A stretch of DNA of 64,000 nucleotides from Candidatus Hydrogenedentota bacterium (GTDB lineage Bacteria; Hydrogenedentota; Hydrogenedentia; Hydrogenedentales; SLHB01): positions 128,697 to 192,696 of the forward strand of contig BTWA01000006.1 in assembly GCA_045863295.1 (NCBI GenBank), read 5' to 3'. Positions 1 to 10,488 of this stretch are shown here, in pieces (position 1 is the stretch's first letter; every line of letters starts with the position of its first letter). The notes under the pieces are model-generated. The model was not told the DNA's origin, searched no databases, and saw only the letters and a program-made list of their open reading frames with translations. The position numbers were made by a program, and so were the translations under genes.

Positions 1-871
1 AGAGAAGGAGGACATTTCAATCCATCTTCAATTTGACCGCGGCCAACGCTCCGACTTGGAAGCCTTACAGGAAATAAAGGTCAAAGGTCACTCCGGAAAT
101 CTCGTTTCGCTGGGCGAACTGGTGGAAGTTAAAGAGACCATTCAAGACAAGAGTATCTACCACAAGAACATGATGCCGGTAGTTTACGTCACGGGCGACG
201 TGGGCGGCAAAGGTGAAAGCCCTGTTTACGTCATATTCGACTTGATGCAAAAGGTCGAGTCGCTGGAATTGCCCAGCGGTTCCCGAGTTGAGCAATACTC
301 CACACAGCAACCCGAGAGTACGGAAGATCTCTCCATCAAGTGGGACGGGGAATGGTATCTGACGTACGAAGTATTCAGGGATATGGGTATCGCCTTCGCT
401 GCAGTGCTGGTGCTCATTTTTATTCTGGTTGTGGGTTGGTTTCAGTCCATGAAGACACCCTTGGTCATCATGGCGGCCATTCCATTCTCGTTGGTGGGCA
501 TTTTGCCCGCTCACTGGTTGCTCGGAGCCTTTTTCACGGCAACGAGCATGATTGGGTTTATCGCCGGCGCGGGAATTGTAGTGCGAAACTCGATCATTTT
601 GGTCGATTTCATTGAACTCCGGCTGGCGGAAGGCATGCCACTAGCTCAAGCAGTGGTGGATGCCGGGGCCGTACGATTTCGGCCAATGCTGCTGACAGCG
701 GCAGCGGTCGTGGTCGGCGCCTCGGTGATTCTGTTTGACCCTATATTTCAGGGCCTTGCATTATCGCTGATGGCCGGGGAGATTGCCTCGCTCCTGCTCT
801 CGCGCATGGCCGTTCCCATCTTGTACTACCTCTCGCGAAAGCACGAACTGGAAATCGCCAAAGCCGCGTAG
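1..871 (+). CDS. RND-family efflux transporter permease (AcrB/CzcA-like), C-terminal part; 5' end lies outside the window
   Basis: The ORF has no start inside the window. Its translation shows the typical last RND transmembrane bundle ([16 protein letters not shown]..., [22 protein letters not shown]). It ends ...[15 protein letters not shown]. Confidence 0.75.
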   Translation, partial: EKEDISIHLQFDRGQRSDLEALQEIKVKGHSGNLVSLGELVEVKETIQDKSIYHKNMMPVVYVTGDVGGKGESPVYVIFDLMQKVESLELPSGSRVEQYSTQQPESTEDLSIKWDGEWYLTYEVFRDMGIAFAAVLVLIFILVVGWFQSMKTPLVIMAAIPFSLVGILPAHWLLGAFFTATSMIGFIAGAGIVVRNSIILVDFIELRLAEGMPLAQAVVDAGAVRFRPMLLTAAAVVVGASVILFDPIFQGLALSLMAGEIASLLLSRMAVPILYYLSRKHELEIAKAA

Positions 872-892
872 CGGCATCAAAGAGCCCAATAC

Positions 893-2638
893 TCAGGGAA
901 CAGGGAGTTGCGGAGATCCTGGAAATGCCCCAGACTGACCTCTCCCCACCCGAATCGTCTCGCCGGTTCGTCCATTGATGAATTCGGCAGTGGGCGGCGT
1001 CTCCGCAATCTGTTCGAGACGCCATGGATACATCAAATCGTCTCCAGGCGTCAGGCGCATCTCTTGTCCAGAGGATTCGAATCGAAAGATATGTCTGTCC
1101 CCAACGCTTCCCACGTACTTCACCCAAATCTGCGGGATGGAAGGCTGGGATGGCACAGGAGACACGGGGGGCTCAATCCTGTCCCCATCCGGAGGCGGTT
1201 CGGGCAACGGCGCAGGCGAACGCACCGGCGGCGTTGCACGTCGGACTTCGCGCGGACCGACCAGCCGCTCGGGGATAGGGATCGCAATTCTATTCTGAAC
1301 GGCATTCGACCCCCGCACAAAACGGATTTCGACGGCATCGGCTTCAGGCACTGTACGGCGAATCTCGTACATATCCAGAAGCAGCGACAAAGCGAACCGT
1401 GGCTGCACAGGCACACTTGTACCCTGTCCCACGCTTTCACCACGAAACCGCCAGACATCACCGTCCATCGGGATGGGCCGGAAGTCGTCCTCCCCTGAAA
1501 CACGTGCGTAAACCTCGACCCCAAACTCCGCTTCCGCCTCGGCTTGTCTCGGTATGGAAACGGAACGTGGTTGGCTGCCATTGTTTCGAATAACAACATT
1601 GACAAGTCCACGGGTGGGATTGCTCAATGTGGCTTCAAATTCCAAATTGGGCGCGCTCCGCATAAATGCCGAGGCGGCAAGCAGGACGCCCATGGAAACA
1701 AGCAATATTCCTCCGGCGACCGCCGCCTGTCTGAACGTGGCTGAAAGTGTATTGGCGGATGGGGCTACCCGCTGCGCGCCAAGGTAGACCAGCGCAACGC
1801 CGGTCATGCTGTACAGCATGGATCCTGCGTGGTATATCTGCAGAAATGAGGACAAATAGCTCGCATCGAGCGGCCACGACGCCCAGGCCAGACCCGGCAA
1901 AAGACCCGCGGCAAACAGGATCAAGCCGTTGACCAGAAGCCCCCATCCGGCCAACCGGCTTTTACGTCTCATCGCAAAGGGGGGCGCAAAAAGCGGCAGC
2001 ACGAGCCAAATGGACCAAATCCAATTCAGGCCGTTCGCCGGTGGATTCGTGCGAACCCACGTAAACAGGGAAATCGACTGGTCGTTTGACCAAGTCCAAG
2101 GCATGAATACGGAGGCAATGGCGAAGGCCGACAGTACTAGGGTTAGCCACAGGTGACCGGTGGGGACTTGAGGGATTACGGGAGGCAACAGTGCGGCATA
2201 GCGATCCAGCGGCAAGTCAATGAATCCACCGAGTTCGTCCGCATTTCTCGCCGCTCGAATCTGGTTCATGAATGCGATATCGGCGTCCATCGACGCCAGT
2301 TCCTCCAGGCTCTTGCGGTTCAAGTCGTTGGCAAGAGGTCCCGGCACACTGTTTTGTGCCACTTGCCGGAGTAAAACGTTGCGTTTTTCCTGCAGGCGCT
2401 TTTGCTCGGCGACCAATTCGTCAAGATATCGATTGCATTGAGTGCGAATCTTGGCCACGGCGGCTTCGGCAATCTGAATGTCGTAATGGTAACGATGAAT
2501 CAGATCCTTGTGGCGTTCCGGCGATAAGGCGCGCTCCTTAAGCGCGCGATCACATTCCGAGCAGGCGGTACGCAATTTTTGGCATTGCGACAAGGCAATG
2601 CGGAGCGATTTCTGAAGTTCCTTCTTACTCACGCGCAC
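893..2638 (-). CDS. hypothetical protein: N-terminal coiled coil, central multi-TM region, proline-rich C-terminus
   Basis: 581-aa ORF overlapping the pyrG start by 14 nt. It has a heptad-like charged N-terminus, four to six hydrophobic helices ([52 protein letters not shown]...) and a PxxP-rich tail. I recognise no family. Confidence 0.45.
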   Translation of the reverse strand: MRVSKKELQKSLRIALSQCQKLRTACSECDRALKERALSPERHKDLIHRYHYDIQIAEAAVAKIRTQCNRYLDELVAEQKRLQEKRNVLLRQVAQNSVPGPLANDLNRKSLEELASMDADIAFMNQIRAARNADELGGFIDLPLDRYAALLPPVIPQVPTGHLWLTLVLSAFAIASVFMPWTWSNDQSISLFTWVRTNPPANGLNWIWSIWLVLPLFAPPFAMRRKSRLAGWGLLVNGLILFAAGLLPGLAWASWPLDASYLSSFLQIYHAGSMLYSMTGVALVYLGAQRVAPSANTLSATFRQAAVAGGILLVSMGVLLAASAFMRSAPNLEFEATLSNPTRGLVNVVIRNNGSQPRSVSIPRQAEAEAEFGVEVYARVSGEDDFRPIPMDGDVWRFRGESVGQGTSVPVQPRFALSLLLDMYEIRRTVPEADAVEIRFVRGSNAVQNRIAIPIPERLVGPREVRRATPPVRSPAPLPEPPPDGDRIEPPVSPVPSQPSIPQIWVKYVGSVGDRHIFRFESSGQEMRLTPGDDLMYPWRLEQIAETPPTAEFINGRTGETIRVGRGQSGAFPGSPQLPVP

Positions 2639-4256
2639 TTCGATTCGCCAGCGCCGCCTTTACAAAATCTCGAAACAGCGGTTGGGGGGCTAATGGGGTA
2701 CTGGTGAATTCAGGGTGAAACTGCGACGCACAAAACCAAGGATGGTCCTTTAACTCGATTATCTCAACCAACTCATGATCGCCTCGATTGAATGTGCCGC
2801 TTACGATCAATCCGGCTTCTGCCTCAAGACGCTCACGGTACAAGTTGTTGAACTCGTAACGGTGCCGGTGGCGTTCCTCCACCGAGTCCGCACCGTACGC
2901 CGCATGAGCTTTCGTACCAGGAGTCAATTCGCAGCGATAAGCGCCTAACCGCATCGTGCCGCCCAAGTCTTTAATGCCGCGCTGTTCGGACAAAAGACTA
3001 ATAACCGGATCGGGACTTTCCGTATCAAACTCGGTGGAGTTCGCCTTGGGCAGCCCAAGTCTGTTGCGTGACATTTCAATTACGGCGATCTGCATGCCGA
3101 GACACACCCCAAGGAAAGGCTTTTGGGTTTCCCGAACATAGTTCACCGCGCGAATCTTACCTTCAATGCCACGCGCTCCGAACCCTGGACCTACAAGAAC
3201 ACCGTCGTAGTCCCGAAGGCGGTCCTTGGGTAATACGCCGTTTTCAAACTGTTCCGAATCCACCCACTCGGTGACCACGCGGCAATCATTGGCAATGCCC
3301 GCGTGCACCAACGCTTCGTTGATACTCTTGTACGCGTCTTCGTGCTCGATATACTTTCCAACAGCGGCAATACGCACTTCATTTTTTGGAGAATTGATCT
3401 TCTCGATGATCTGTTCCCATTCAGACAAATCTTGCTTCGGAGCATCAATTCCAAGAATCCGAAGAACGGTCTCGTCAAATCCTTGCTCGTGAAGCGCAAG
3501 GGGCACCGCATATACTGGTGAAGTGTCCTGTGCGCCGATAATGCACTCCTGCGTAACATTGCAGAACATCGCAATCTTCCGGCGCTCATCCGAACCAAGC
3601 GCCTCCCTGCCGGTCCGGCAGATAATGACATTCGGCTGTATACCAATGTCCCGCAATGCGCGAACACTGTGTTGGGTTGGCTTAGTCTTCAACTCTCCGG
3701 ACGCCTCAATATACGGAACCAGCGTCACATGCACACTGCAGCATGGCTGTGGAAGCATTTCCAGAATGAACTGCCGAATAGCCTCCAGGAAGGGCAGACT
3801 CTCGATATCGCCCACGGTGCCGCCCACTTCCACGATGGCGACATCGGCATCGTCCTCCGCATCCGCCGTGAGTTGACGGATACGCAGTTTAATCTCGTCG
3901 GTGATGTGTGGAATCACCTGAACCGTCTTGCCAAGGTATTCGCCACGCCGTTCCTTTTCAATCACGGCATGGTAAACGCTACCCGTAGTGAAGTTACTCT
4001 TCTGGGAAATGCGTGCATGAGTGAACCGTTGATAATGCCCCAAATCAAGATCGGTTTCAGCCCCGTCATGGGTGACGAACACCTCGCCATGTTCGAAGGG
4101 GTTCATGGTGCCGGGATCCACGTTGATGTATGGATCCATCTTCATCATGGCCACCTTCAGCCCTCGTGACTCCAACAGCAAGCCCAAGCTGGCTGCGGCA
4201 ATTCCTTTGCCAATGGAAGACACCACCCCTCCGGTAACAAATACATAACGTGGCAT
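2625..4256 (-). CDS. pyrG: CTP synthase
   Basis: The N-terminus [25 protein letters not shown] is the canonical PyrG start. The C-terminal glutamine amidotransferase region contains GVCLGMQ. Length is 543 aa. Confidence 0.95.
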   Translation of the reverse strand: MPRYVFVTGGVVSSIGKGIAAASLGLLLESRGLKVAMMKMDPYINVDPGTMNPFEHGEVFVTHDGAETDLDLGHYQRFTHARISQKSNFTTGSVYHAVIEKERRGEYLGKTVQVIPHITDEIKLRIRQLTADAEDDADVAIVEVGGTVGDIESLPFLEAIRQFILEMLPQPCCSVHVTLVPYIEASGELKTKPTQHSVRALRDIGIQPNVIICRTGREALGSDERRKIAMFCNVTQECIIGAQDTSPVYAVPLALHEQGFDETVLRILGIDAPKQDLSEWEQIIEKINSPKNEVRIAAVGKYIEHEDAYKSINEALVHAGIANDCRVVTEWVDSEQFENGVLPKDRLRDYDGVLVGPGFGARGIEGKIRAVNYVRETQKPFLGVCLGMQIAVIEMSRNRLGLPKANSTEFDTESPDPVISLLSEQRGIKDLGGTMRLGAYRCELTPGTKAHAAYGADSVEERHRHRYEFNNLYRERLEAEAGLIVSGTFNRGDHELVEIIELKDHPWFCASQFHPEFTSTPLAPQPLFRDFVKAALANRSARE

Positions 4257-4262
4257 TTCCGA

Positions 4263-5021
4263 TCACCCTTGTACTATGTGTTCAATCATTACGCGGACAC
4301 GTTCCAAATCTTCCGGGGTGTCGACCCCGATACTCTTGTAAGAAGTTTCGATGACGCCAATCGCATGGCCATGCTCCAGCACGCGCAATTGCTCCAGCTT
4401 TTCCAGTTTCTCCAACGTCGTGGGTTGCCATTTCGCAAATTCAAGCAAGAACGAGCGCCGGTACACGTACAGGCCAATGTGCTGCCAATAACAGGGAGGG
4501 CAACACTCGCGATCGGCCGAGTCCCGAATATGGGGAATCGGCGAACGGGAAAAGTAGAGCGCCTTTCCGTGGCTGTCGCAAACCACTTTGACCACATTGG
4601 GATTGAGGATATCGTCGTTGTCGATTAGAAGCCGGCGGGCCGTGGACATGGAAAGAGATTCGTCGTCCAACATGACCTCAACAGCGGCGTCTATAGTATG
4701 GGGATCAATTAAGGGCTCATCGCCCTGAACATTCACAATCAGATCGGCGGTTGTGCCATTTGCTACTTCGGAAATACGATCGGTCCCAGATGGATGATCG
4801 GGGCGAGTGAGCACAACCGGAACGTGGAGATCACGCAATGGCCCGGCCACGCGTTCATCGTCGGTGGCGACCACGACATCCGATACCAGCGTCGCCTTCA
4901 AGGCCCGCTGAAACGTGTGCCAAACCAGGGGTTTGCCGCCTATCGGAGCCATGACCTTGCCCGGGAATCGCGTAGAGGCAAACCGGGCCGGAATGACAGC
5001 CAAAACCTTGTGGGCGGCCAT
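4263..5021 (-). CDS. kdsB: 3-deoxy-manno-octulosonate cytidylyltransferase (CMP-KDO synthetase)
   Basis: AVIPARFASTRFPGKVMAPIGGKPLVWH matches the KdsB signature. Length is 252 aa. It sits 7 nt upstream of pyrG on the same strand. Confidence 0.9.
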   Translation of the reverse strand: MAAHKVLAVIPARFASTRFPGKVMAPIGGKPLVWHTFQRALKATLVSDVVVATDDERVAGPLRDLHVPVVLTRPDHPSGTDRISEVANGTTADLIVNVQGDEPLIDPHTIDAAVEVMLDDESLSMSTARRLLIDNDDILNPNVVKVVCDSHGKALYFSRSPIPHIRDSADRECCPPCYWQHIGLYVYRRSFLLEFAKWQPTTLEKLEKLEQLRVLEHGHAIGVIETSYKSIGVDTPEDLERVRVMIEHIVQG

Positions 5022-5222
5022 GGCGATTGTAAACCCCTCTCCCAGTTAGCCGCACGGCACGGCGCAAGACAGTCAACGCGCAAAGAATCGGGTCCAGACG
5101 CCGAAAAACTGTACAAATTGCGGGAGAAATGGAGGGAACATCCCGTTTCCCCAACGGGAGTGTATTGTAACCGAGTTATTCTCCGAAATCAACGGTATAG
5201 CGGAAAACCGAGACCTGCAAGG

Positions 5223-6188
5223 TCACCCCTCGTCCGCCATCTGCCGCATCCGTTCGAAGCAATGCTCCACGAGCATTTCGTGCCCCCCTTCAAAGATAAC
5301 CAACGACACAGGTCCTGTCTGGCGCATGTAGTAAACAGCCCGGCCATCGATAGGCTTACTTTCCGTCGATTGTCCAACATTTCTGCTCAGCAAGTTGATC
5401 ATGTCCTCCATGGAAACGAGCGAGGGGTGACCCGGCGCCAATACCGCCACCTTGTTGTAAAACAAAAGGGAGTGAGAGATCGGAACGCTTCCTGTGTAGC
5501 CATCATGTATACCTTCGTAGATTTCGAGTTGCCCATTCGGCAGTTGCGTCACATTCCAGTGCAGCGGTGACCGGCGTCTGGCCTCCTCGCTATCCAACGC
5601 AGCACCGGACGACGTGCTCCGCAGTATATGATCGGCATATTCCTGTTTTGCGTTGACGCACTGCCAGTACCACGCTTCGATGTCGCTGATGGCTGCCCAG
5701 GCCAGAAAGGCCTTGACCGGATGGCGGGTTCTCAAATAGGTGCCCAGGGTTGCGTAGCCGCCTCCCGATACGCCGGTGACAAAGATATTGCTGGTATCCA
5801 CCTTTCCCGTGGTGAGGGCAAATTGTATCGCGTCGTCGATGTCGGCAATGGCTTTGTCGCTCAAACACGCATCTGGCGACCAATTCGGACCTCGAAAGTC
5901 AGGGTGGATGTAGTTCCAATTGGCTTCCAGCGCCTTGGCGGCCAGCGGGTCCGTCTGGGTATAGTTGCCTGACCAGGTATGAAGGCTGACAAGCAGCGGT
6001 CGAGGGGTATCACCCTGAGATTGGGCAAAATATGCACGTTGCAAGACCCCGTCCAGGCTGCTGGGAATGTCTATCAACGTATACTCCCCTGGCCATGGTT
6101 CGGGTGAAGGATCGGGAGTTCCCTTGGTGACGCACCCGGCAACCAGCAAAACGATAAAGAACAGGGAAAAGGGATAGAGTGATTTCAT
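5223..6188 (-). CDS. alpha/beta-hydrolase-fold lipoprotein (S9-like esterase/peptidase)
   Basis: The lipoprotein signal MKSLYPFSLFFIVLLVAGC is followed by the GxSxG nucleophile elbow GVSGGG and a downstream His. The start was chosen at the internal Met that precedes the signal peptide. Confidence 0.55.
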   Translation of the reverse strand: MKSLYPFSLFFIVLLVAGCVTKGTPDPSPEPWPGEYTLIDIPSSLDGVLQRAYFAQSQGDTPRPLLVSLHTWSGNYTQTDPLAAKALEANWNYIHPDFRGPNWSPDACLSDKAIADIDDAIQFALTTGKVDTSNIFVTGVSGGGYATLGTYLRTRHPVKAFLAWAAISDIEAWYWQCVNAKQEYADHILRSTSSGAALDSEEARRRSPLHWNVTQLPNGQLEIYEGIHDGYTGSVPISHSLLFYNKVAVLAPGHPSLVSMEDMINLLSRNVGQSTESKPIDGRAVYYMRQTGPVSLVIFEGGHEMLVEHCFERMRQMADEG

Positions 6189-6201
6189 TGCGCCTCGCCT
6201 C

Positions 6202-8394
6202 ATGCGGCCTGGGTCTAGGGAGTATGCCAAAATGTTGGACGATTGGCCAGGAAAGCGACTTAGGAGAAGAACGGTGACTTACTTACAATGGCGACGTCGC
6301 GGCTACGTGCGTCTGGCAATCGCCGGTTGGACGCTTTTGAGCGGACTACAGATCCAGGCTTTCTCCACTTCCATCGAATCCATTGCATTTCCGTTTGACG
6401 CGGCCACCTTTCTGATTGACGAAGATAACTTTGGGATTGTGAACGGCCGTATCAGCGCTGGGGTCAATTACAAGAGCGTAGGCGATATTCAGGGACTTTA
6501 TGCGCCGCCATTTGTGAGTTCAGATTTCTTTTTACGCTTCGCCCTGAATGGTTCTCCAGTACCTACCGCCCAGGGAACATGGCTGCCGTGGGAAGTCACG
6601 CGATTCGGGGTTGTGGACGGAGTAACTATTGAGTCCTCGACCCTGCTTTTCAGCGGCGCGGCGGCCGGAGAGATTGCCTTTCGTATGACCTCCGATTCGG
6701 ATAAGACAGTGGAATTCCAGTTGGAAGCGACCGGCACTCTCGATTTGAATCAAGTATGGGAATTCGCCCGGCCGGTGAGCGAATCCCCCTCCCTGTCTCG
6801 TATGGAAGGAGACATGTTGCTGCTCGAACAAGGAAACCTCGCCATTGCGCTGGCCGTGATTGGTGCGGAAAACATTGCAGCGACTGAGGGATCGAATCTG
6901 CTCACTGCTTCGTTGCCCCTGACAGCCGCGAGTCCAACTACCGTGCGTGTGGCATTCGCCATGGGCCGAACCAGCGATGTCGAGGAAGTGCTTGGCACCT
7001 GGAAACAGAACCCGGAATCCATTCGTTTAGACTCGGTTGCAAGACTAGGCAACCGCGCACAGGGGCTGCTGGACCGCCTTCCCTCCCTGGAAAGTGACAA
7101 TGCCGCATTAATGCGCTTGTACAACCGCTCGCTGGTGCACATGATCACCAACCGTTGGGAAGTGCCGCAGTTCGTACTGAATCCGTACTACGCCACGGGC
7201 AGCATCAAGGGCGGATGCGTGTGCAACTACCTCTGGAACTATGGCGAGAACTGGGAGATCATGCCGCTCTTCGATCCCGAAGCGGTGAAGACGCACATCA
7301 AACAATTTCTGAGCATCAACCTCACAGAACACTTCGCCTTCCTCCCCATCACCGGCGAAGGATTCGGACCGTGGTATATGGTCAACCAAGAGAAGATACT
7401 CGGGTCCATTTACTATTACGTCTTGCTTACTGGAGATACGGCTTTTCTCGACGAAGCGGTCGATGGAAAGACGGTCTACGACCTCGTGTTGTATCACGCG
7501 CAAGCCCGTGAAGAAGATCCCAAGTCGCCCGTCGAACTGATCGACTACGGCCCATCGAACAGTCATCTCGAACTACGGCGCGAGTACGCCTATAACCACG
7601 TGATGCCCGATCTCAACGGCCGGCGCTATACAAACTACTGGTACGCCGCGCGCACCTGCGAATTGGCGGGACGGCCACAACCTTTTCTCATGGAACGCGC
7701 CGAGGCCCTGCGCGCCAAGCTCCACGACGAACTCTGGGATCCCGAGGCCAAGTGGTTCGCCTTTCGCAACGGCGAAGGTCAAATGGAACTGCGTTACACC
7801 ATTCAACTTTTCAAACTCTTCAACAACCCCATCCTCACACCCGAGTCAGAGGCGGGACTGCTCAGTCACTTGAACGAAACGGAATTCCTGGGCGAATACG
7901 GTTTGCACAGCATGTCCAAAACCGATCCCGCCTACGACGCCGTGGACATCGACAACGGCGGTGGCGGCGCATGCACCTGCTTCCCGCCGCAAATCGCCGA
8001 GCGCCTCTACAAAGCCGGCCACCCGCAACAAGCCGACGATATCCTCCGCCGCATCCTCTGGTGGGGCGAACACCTCCCCTACTGGGGCGACTCCATCGTC
8101 GCCGACAAAATCGACTACCGGAAGGACACGCCATTGCAGTGTACGTTCGATGGATTGACCGTTGCGCAATCCATCATCTTCGGCGTGTGTGGCGTGAACG
8201 TAAATGATGACGGCACAGTGCGCGTCGCACCGAGGTTGCCGTCATTTTGCAACGAGTTGAGACTGAAGAATGTTCAAGTGCGCGGCCAGACGTTTGACGT
8301 AAATATTCAGAAGGACGAATTCAGCGTCAACGTGAACGGCGATGTAATGATGGCAAACGAAGGAACCTGGATTGACTTGCCTGCGAACCAGTAG
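6202..8394 (+). CDS. hypothetical large secreted protein, possibly a six-hairpin glycoside hydrolase
   Basis: 730-aa ORF with a signal-like segment (LAIAGWTLLSGLQIQAFS) and W/Y-rich helical repeats (WNYGENWE, WYAARTCE, WWGEHLPYWGD) reminiscent of (alpha/alpha)6 glycosidases. I recognise no definitive motif. Confidence 0.4.
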   Translation: MRPGSREYAKMLDDWPGKRLRRRTVTYLQWRRRGYVRLAIAGWTLLSGLQIQAFSTSIESIAFPFDAATFLIDEDNFGIVNGRISAGVNYKSVGDIQGLYAPPFVSSDFFLRFALNGSPVPTAQGTWLPWEVTRFGVVDGVTIESSTLLFSGAAAGEIAFRMTSDSDKTVEFQLEATGTLDLNQVWEFARPVSESPSLSRMEGDMLLLEQGNLAIALAVIGAENIAATEGSNLLTASLPLTAASPTTVRVAFAMGRTSDVEEVLGTWKQNPESIRLDSVARLGNRAQGLLDRLPSLESDNAALMRLYNRSLVHMITNRWEVPQFVLNPYYATGSIKGGCVCNYLWNYGENWEIMPLFDPEAVKTHIKQFLSINLTEHFAFLPITGEGFGPWYMVNQEKILGSIYYYVLLTGDTAFLDEAVDGKTVYDLVLYHAQAREEDPKSPVELIDYGPSNSHLELRREYAYNHVMPDLNGRRYTNYWYAARTCELAGRPQPFLMERAEALRAKLHDELWDPEAKWFAFRNGEGQMELRYTIQLFKLFNNPILTPESEAGLLSHLNETEFLGEYGLHSMSKTDPAYDAVDIDNGGGGACTCFPPQIAERLYKAGHPQQADDILRRILWWGEHLPYWGDSIVADKIDYRKDTPLQCTFDGLTVAQSIIFGVCGVNVNDDGTVRVAPRLPSFCNELRLKNVQVRGQTFDVNIQKDEFSVNVNGDVMMANEGTWIDLPANQ

Positions 8395-8419
8395 GATTCC
8401 AACATCTGCTAAATTGCAG

Positions 8420-8862
8420 TCACTTCATAGCCGGAACGGCCGTCGCCTCACCGGCCCATTGGTGTTCTAGTCTGTTCGGGTTGTAAAACGCATCGGCAAT
8501 TTTAGACCCAGGCACTGAGTTGATATCTAGTTCCCTGCGCTCTGCGGACTTCTGTCCCATATTCAAGAAGTAAACGACGCCCTTCTTGCCCCCAGTCCCG
8601 CCCACGGAACTTTCCGTGAAAAAAATACCTTCGGGGCTTTCATACCAATCTTGGATAACGATACAGCGATGACCCGTTCATCGGCGATTTCTAGCGCCTG
8701 GGCCTGCCACTCGCTACAGGCCAATTCGCGCTTATAGCGCTGGCCATAGTCGTAACTCAACGTAAAAACGGGACTTTTCGCCAACTGTTTCGAGGCGTGG
8801 TGCAACAGAACGGTAGAGTCTCCCGGTTTTACATAAACCTCGACTGAAAGGGAGTGAAGCAT
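8420..8862 (-). pseudogene. hypothetical gene interrupted by a frameshift at a homopolymer tract (two adjacent ORFs in different frames)
   Basis: ORF 8563..8862 (…KIGMKAPKVFF) and ORF 8420..8605 (…TESSVGGTGGKKGVVYFLN…) read through the same A7/T7 run at plus 8621-8627 in frames offset by one. The joined translation gives a continuous ~145-aa protein. Confidence 0.35.
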
Positions 8863-9185
8863 GGCTGATTGTTGGTCACACTTGAGTAACTCTATGACTT
8901 CATATGCCTGATTGACGCTGGTATCCCACTTTTTGATTAATCGAAATTGACCGCCTAATAATGTGAAATACGTGACAAATAATGCGAATAACTCCCACAG
9001 GTCCAGTAGTTGGCGGGATATTCCAAAAACAGCGAGCCGTCACTTACGAAAACTGCATATAATTCCGCGTAAAAGCAAACAACTCTTTACATTCATTTCA
9101 TCCATCCTACTTTTGGCGCGCGACTTGCTTGTTGATTTGGCAATCATAGGATTTGGCCGGTGTAAAACGGAAAGGCAGGCTACAC

Positions 9186-9938
9186 ATGAAAAAGCGATTG
9201 GCGCTGGCAATAACAGTCTTCGCGGCGGGGATGGTGGCATTCCCTGCAGCAGCGGATTTTATCACGTTCTCAGGCTCCGGACCTGGCGACGGAAGCAATG
9301 GACTGGCTGCTGAGGCCACATTCACCATTACGGGCAATACGCTCACGGTCTTATTGACCAATACGTCCACGGACTTCTCCGAGATTCCTTCCGAGTCCTT
9401 GACGGGCGTTTACTTCGACTTGCTCAATGGCAATAGCCTCACGGGCGTTTCGGCGATTGTCGCGGCGGGCAGCACAGTGGTGAATGGAGTGGCCGGCCCC
9501 GGCGGCGACGTGGGCGGCGAATTCGCCTATCTGGCCAACATTTCTTCGGGCTTCAACGGAGCCAGCTACGGCATAAGTAGCAGCGGCATGGACGATGTGT
9601 TCGGCCCCGGCGACCGGTTTAACAACAACGATTTGGATGGGCCGGCCTCACCGAACGGCATGAATTACGGGCTAATCTCCGCCGCCGGACTTGGGCCAAA
9701 TGCCAATGCGCCCATGCTGAGCGAGCCGTTCATCCAGAATGCGGTCTTGTTCTCCTTCACTTTCTCCGGTGCGCTTTCGACAAGTGACATCGGCAATGTG
9801 AATTTCCAATACGGCACGAGCCAAAGTCAGCCGAACATCACCACCTCGGTGGTGCCAGAGCCGGCGACCATTTCGCTCATTGCACTGGGACTTGCGGGTC
9901 TGGCCATTCGACGGAACCGTCGCCGTATTGCAGCGTAA
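9186..9938 (+). CDS. PEP-CTERM sorting-domain secreted protein (exosortase substrate)
   Basis: Signal peptide MKKRLALAITVFAAGMVAFPAAA. The Gly/Ser/Asn-rich body is followed by the C-terminal VPEP motif, one TM helix (ATISLIALGLAGLAI) and a basic tail RRNRRRIAA. Confidence 0.7.
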   Translation: MKKRLALAITVFAAGMVAFPAAADFITFSGSGPGDGSNGLAAEATFTITGNTLTVLLTNTSTDFSEIPSESLTGVYFDLLNGNSLTGVSAIVAAGSTVVNGVAGPGGDVGGEFAYLANISSGFNGASYGISSSGMDDVFGPGDRFNNNDLDGPASPNGMNYGLISAAGLGPNANAPMLSEPFIQNAVLFSFTFSGALSTSDIGNVNFQYGTSQSQPNITTSVVPEPATISLIALGLAGLAIRRNRRRIAA

Positions 9939-9957
9939 TTGGCGTTATGTATCGCTC

Positions 9958-9998
9958 CCTGCGGGGCCGGTGTTTGCACCGGCCCCCGCATTTTTTTG
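9958..9998 (+). terminator. rho-independent terminator after the PEP-CTERM gene
   Basis: cctgcggggccggtg-tttg-caccggcccccgca followed by ttttttt. Confidence 0.6.
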
Positions 9999-10160
9999 TT
10001 GCGCAGGCGCGATTCACCCTAGAGGGACTTGAACTCCCCCGCTTCTTATGCTATTGTACCGCGCTGTGTTTTGCCCCATCCCCTGTGGATTGTTGGGCTT
10101 ACGGCTGGTAACCAAGCAGGTTTAAGTACCCGGCGCACGGGTAGTTTTCAGGAGATTCTC

Positions 10161-10427
10161 ATGGCTTTCAAGTGTGATTACAGCGGCAAAGGCCCCAAGA
10201 GGGGCATGCGCATTGTCCGCCGCGGTAAGGCGAAACGCTCCGGCGGTATTGGCCAGAACATCACGGGCAAGACCAAGCGCCGGTGGAAGCCGAACCTACA
10301 GAAGATCCGCGTTGTAGACGAAAACGGCCGCGTAAAGACCATTCGCGTCTGCGCCCGCTACATCAAGGCCGGTAAATTCACGAAGGCCACTGCGGGCCGC
10401 GCTCAGAGCAAGGCTGCCAAGGCCTAG
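10161..10427 (+). CDS. rpmB: 50S ribosomal protein L28
   Basis: 88-aa basic protein. GKGPKRG...RRWKPNLQKIRVVDENGRVKTIRVCARYIK matches the L28 pattern (R-x-W-x-PNLQ; V/I-x-V-S/C-A-R). AGGAG lies 8 nt upstream of the ATG. Confidence 0.8.
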   Translation: MAFKCDYSGKGPKRGMRIVRRGKAKRSGGIGQNITGKTKRRWKPNLQKIRVVDENGRVKTIRVCARYIKAGKFTKATAGRAQSKAAKA

Positions 10428-10446
10428 TTTTAGGTTATTACCATTT

Positions 10447-10488
10447 GTGGCGTCGTCGGAAAAACCGGCAGACGCCACATTCTTTTTT
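10447..10488. terminator. bidirectional rho-independent terminator between convergent rpmB and the 10487..11665 gene
   Basis: gtggcgtcgtcgg-aaaaacc-ggcagacgccac followed by attctttttt. A-rich on the 5' side and T-rich on the 3' side. Confidence 0.6.
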
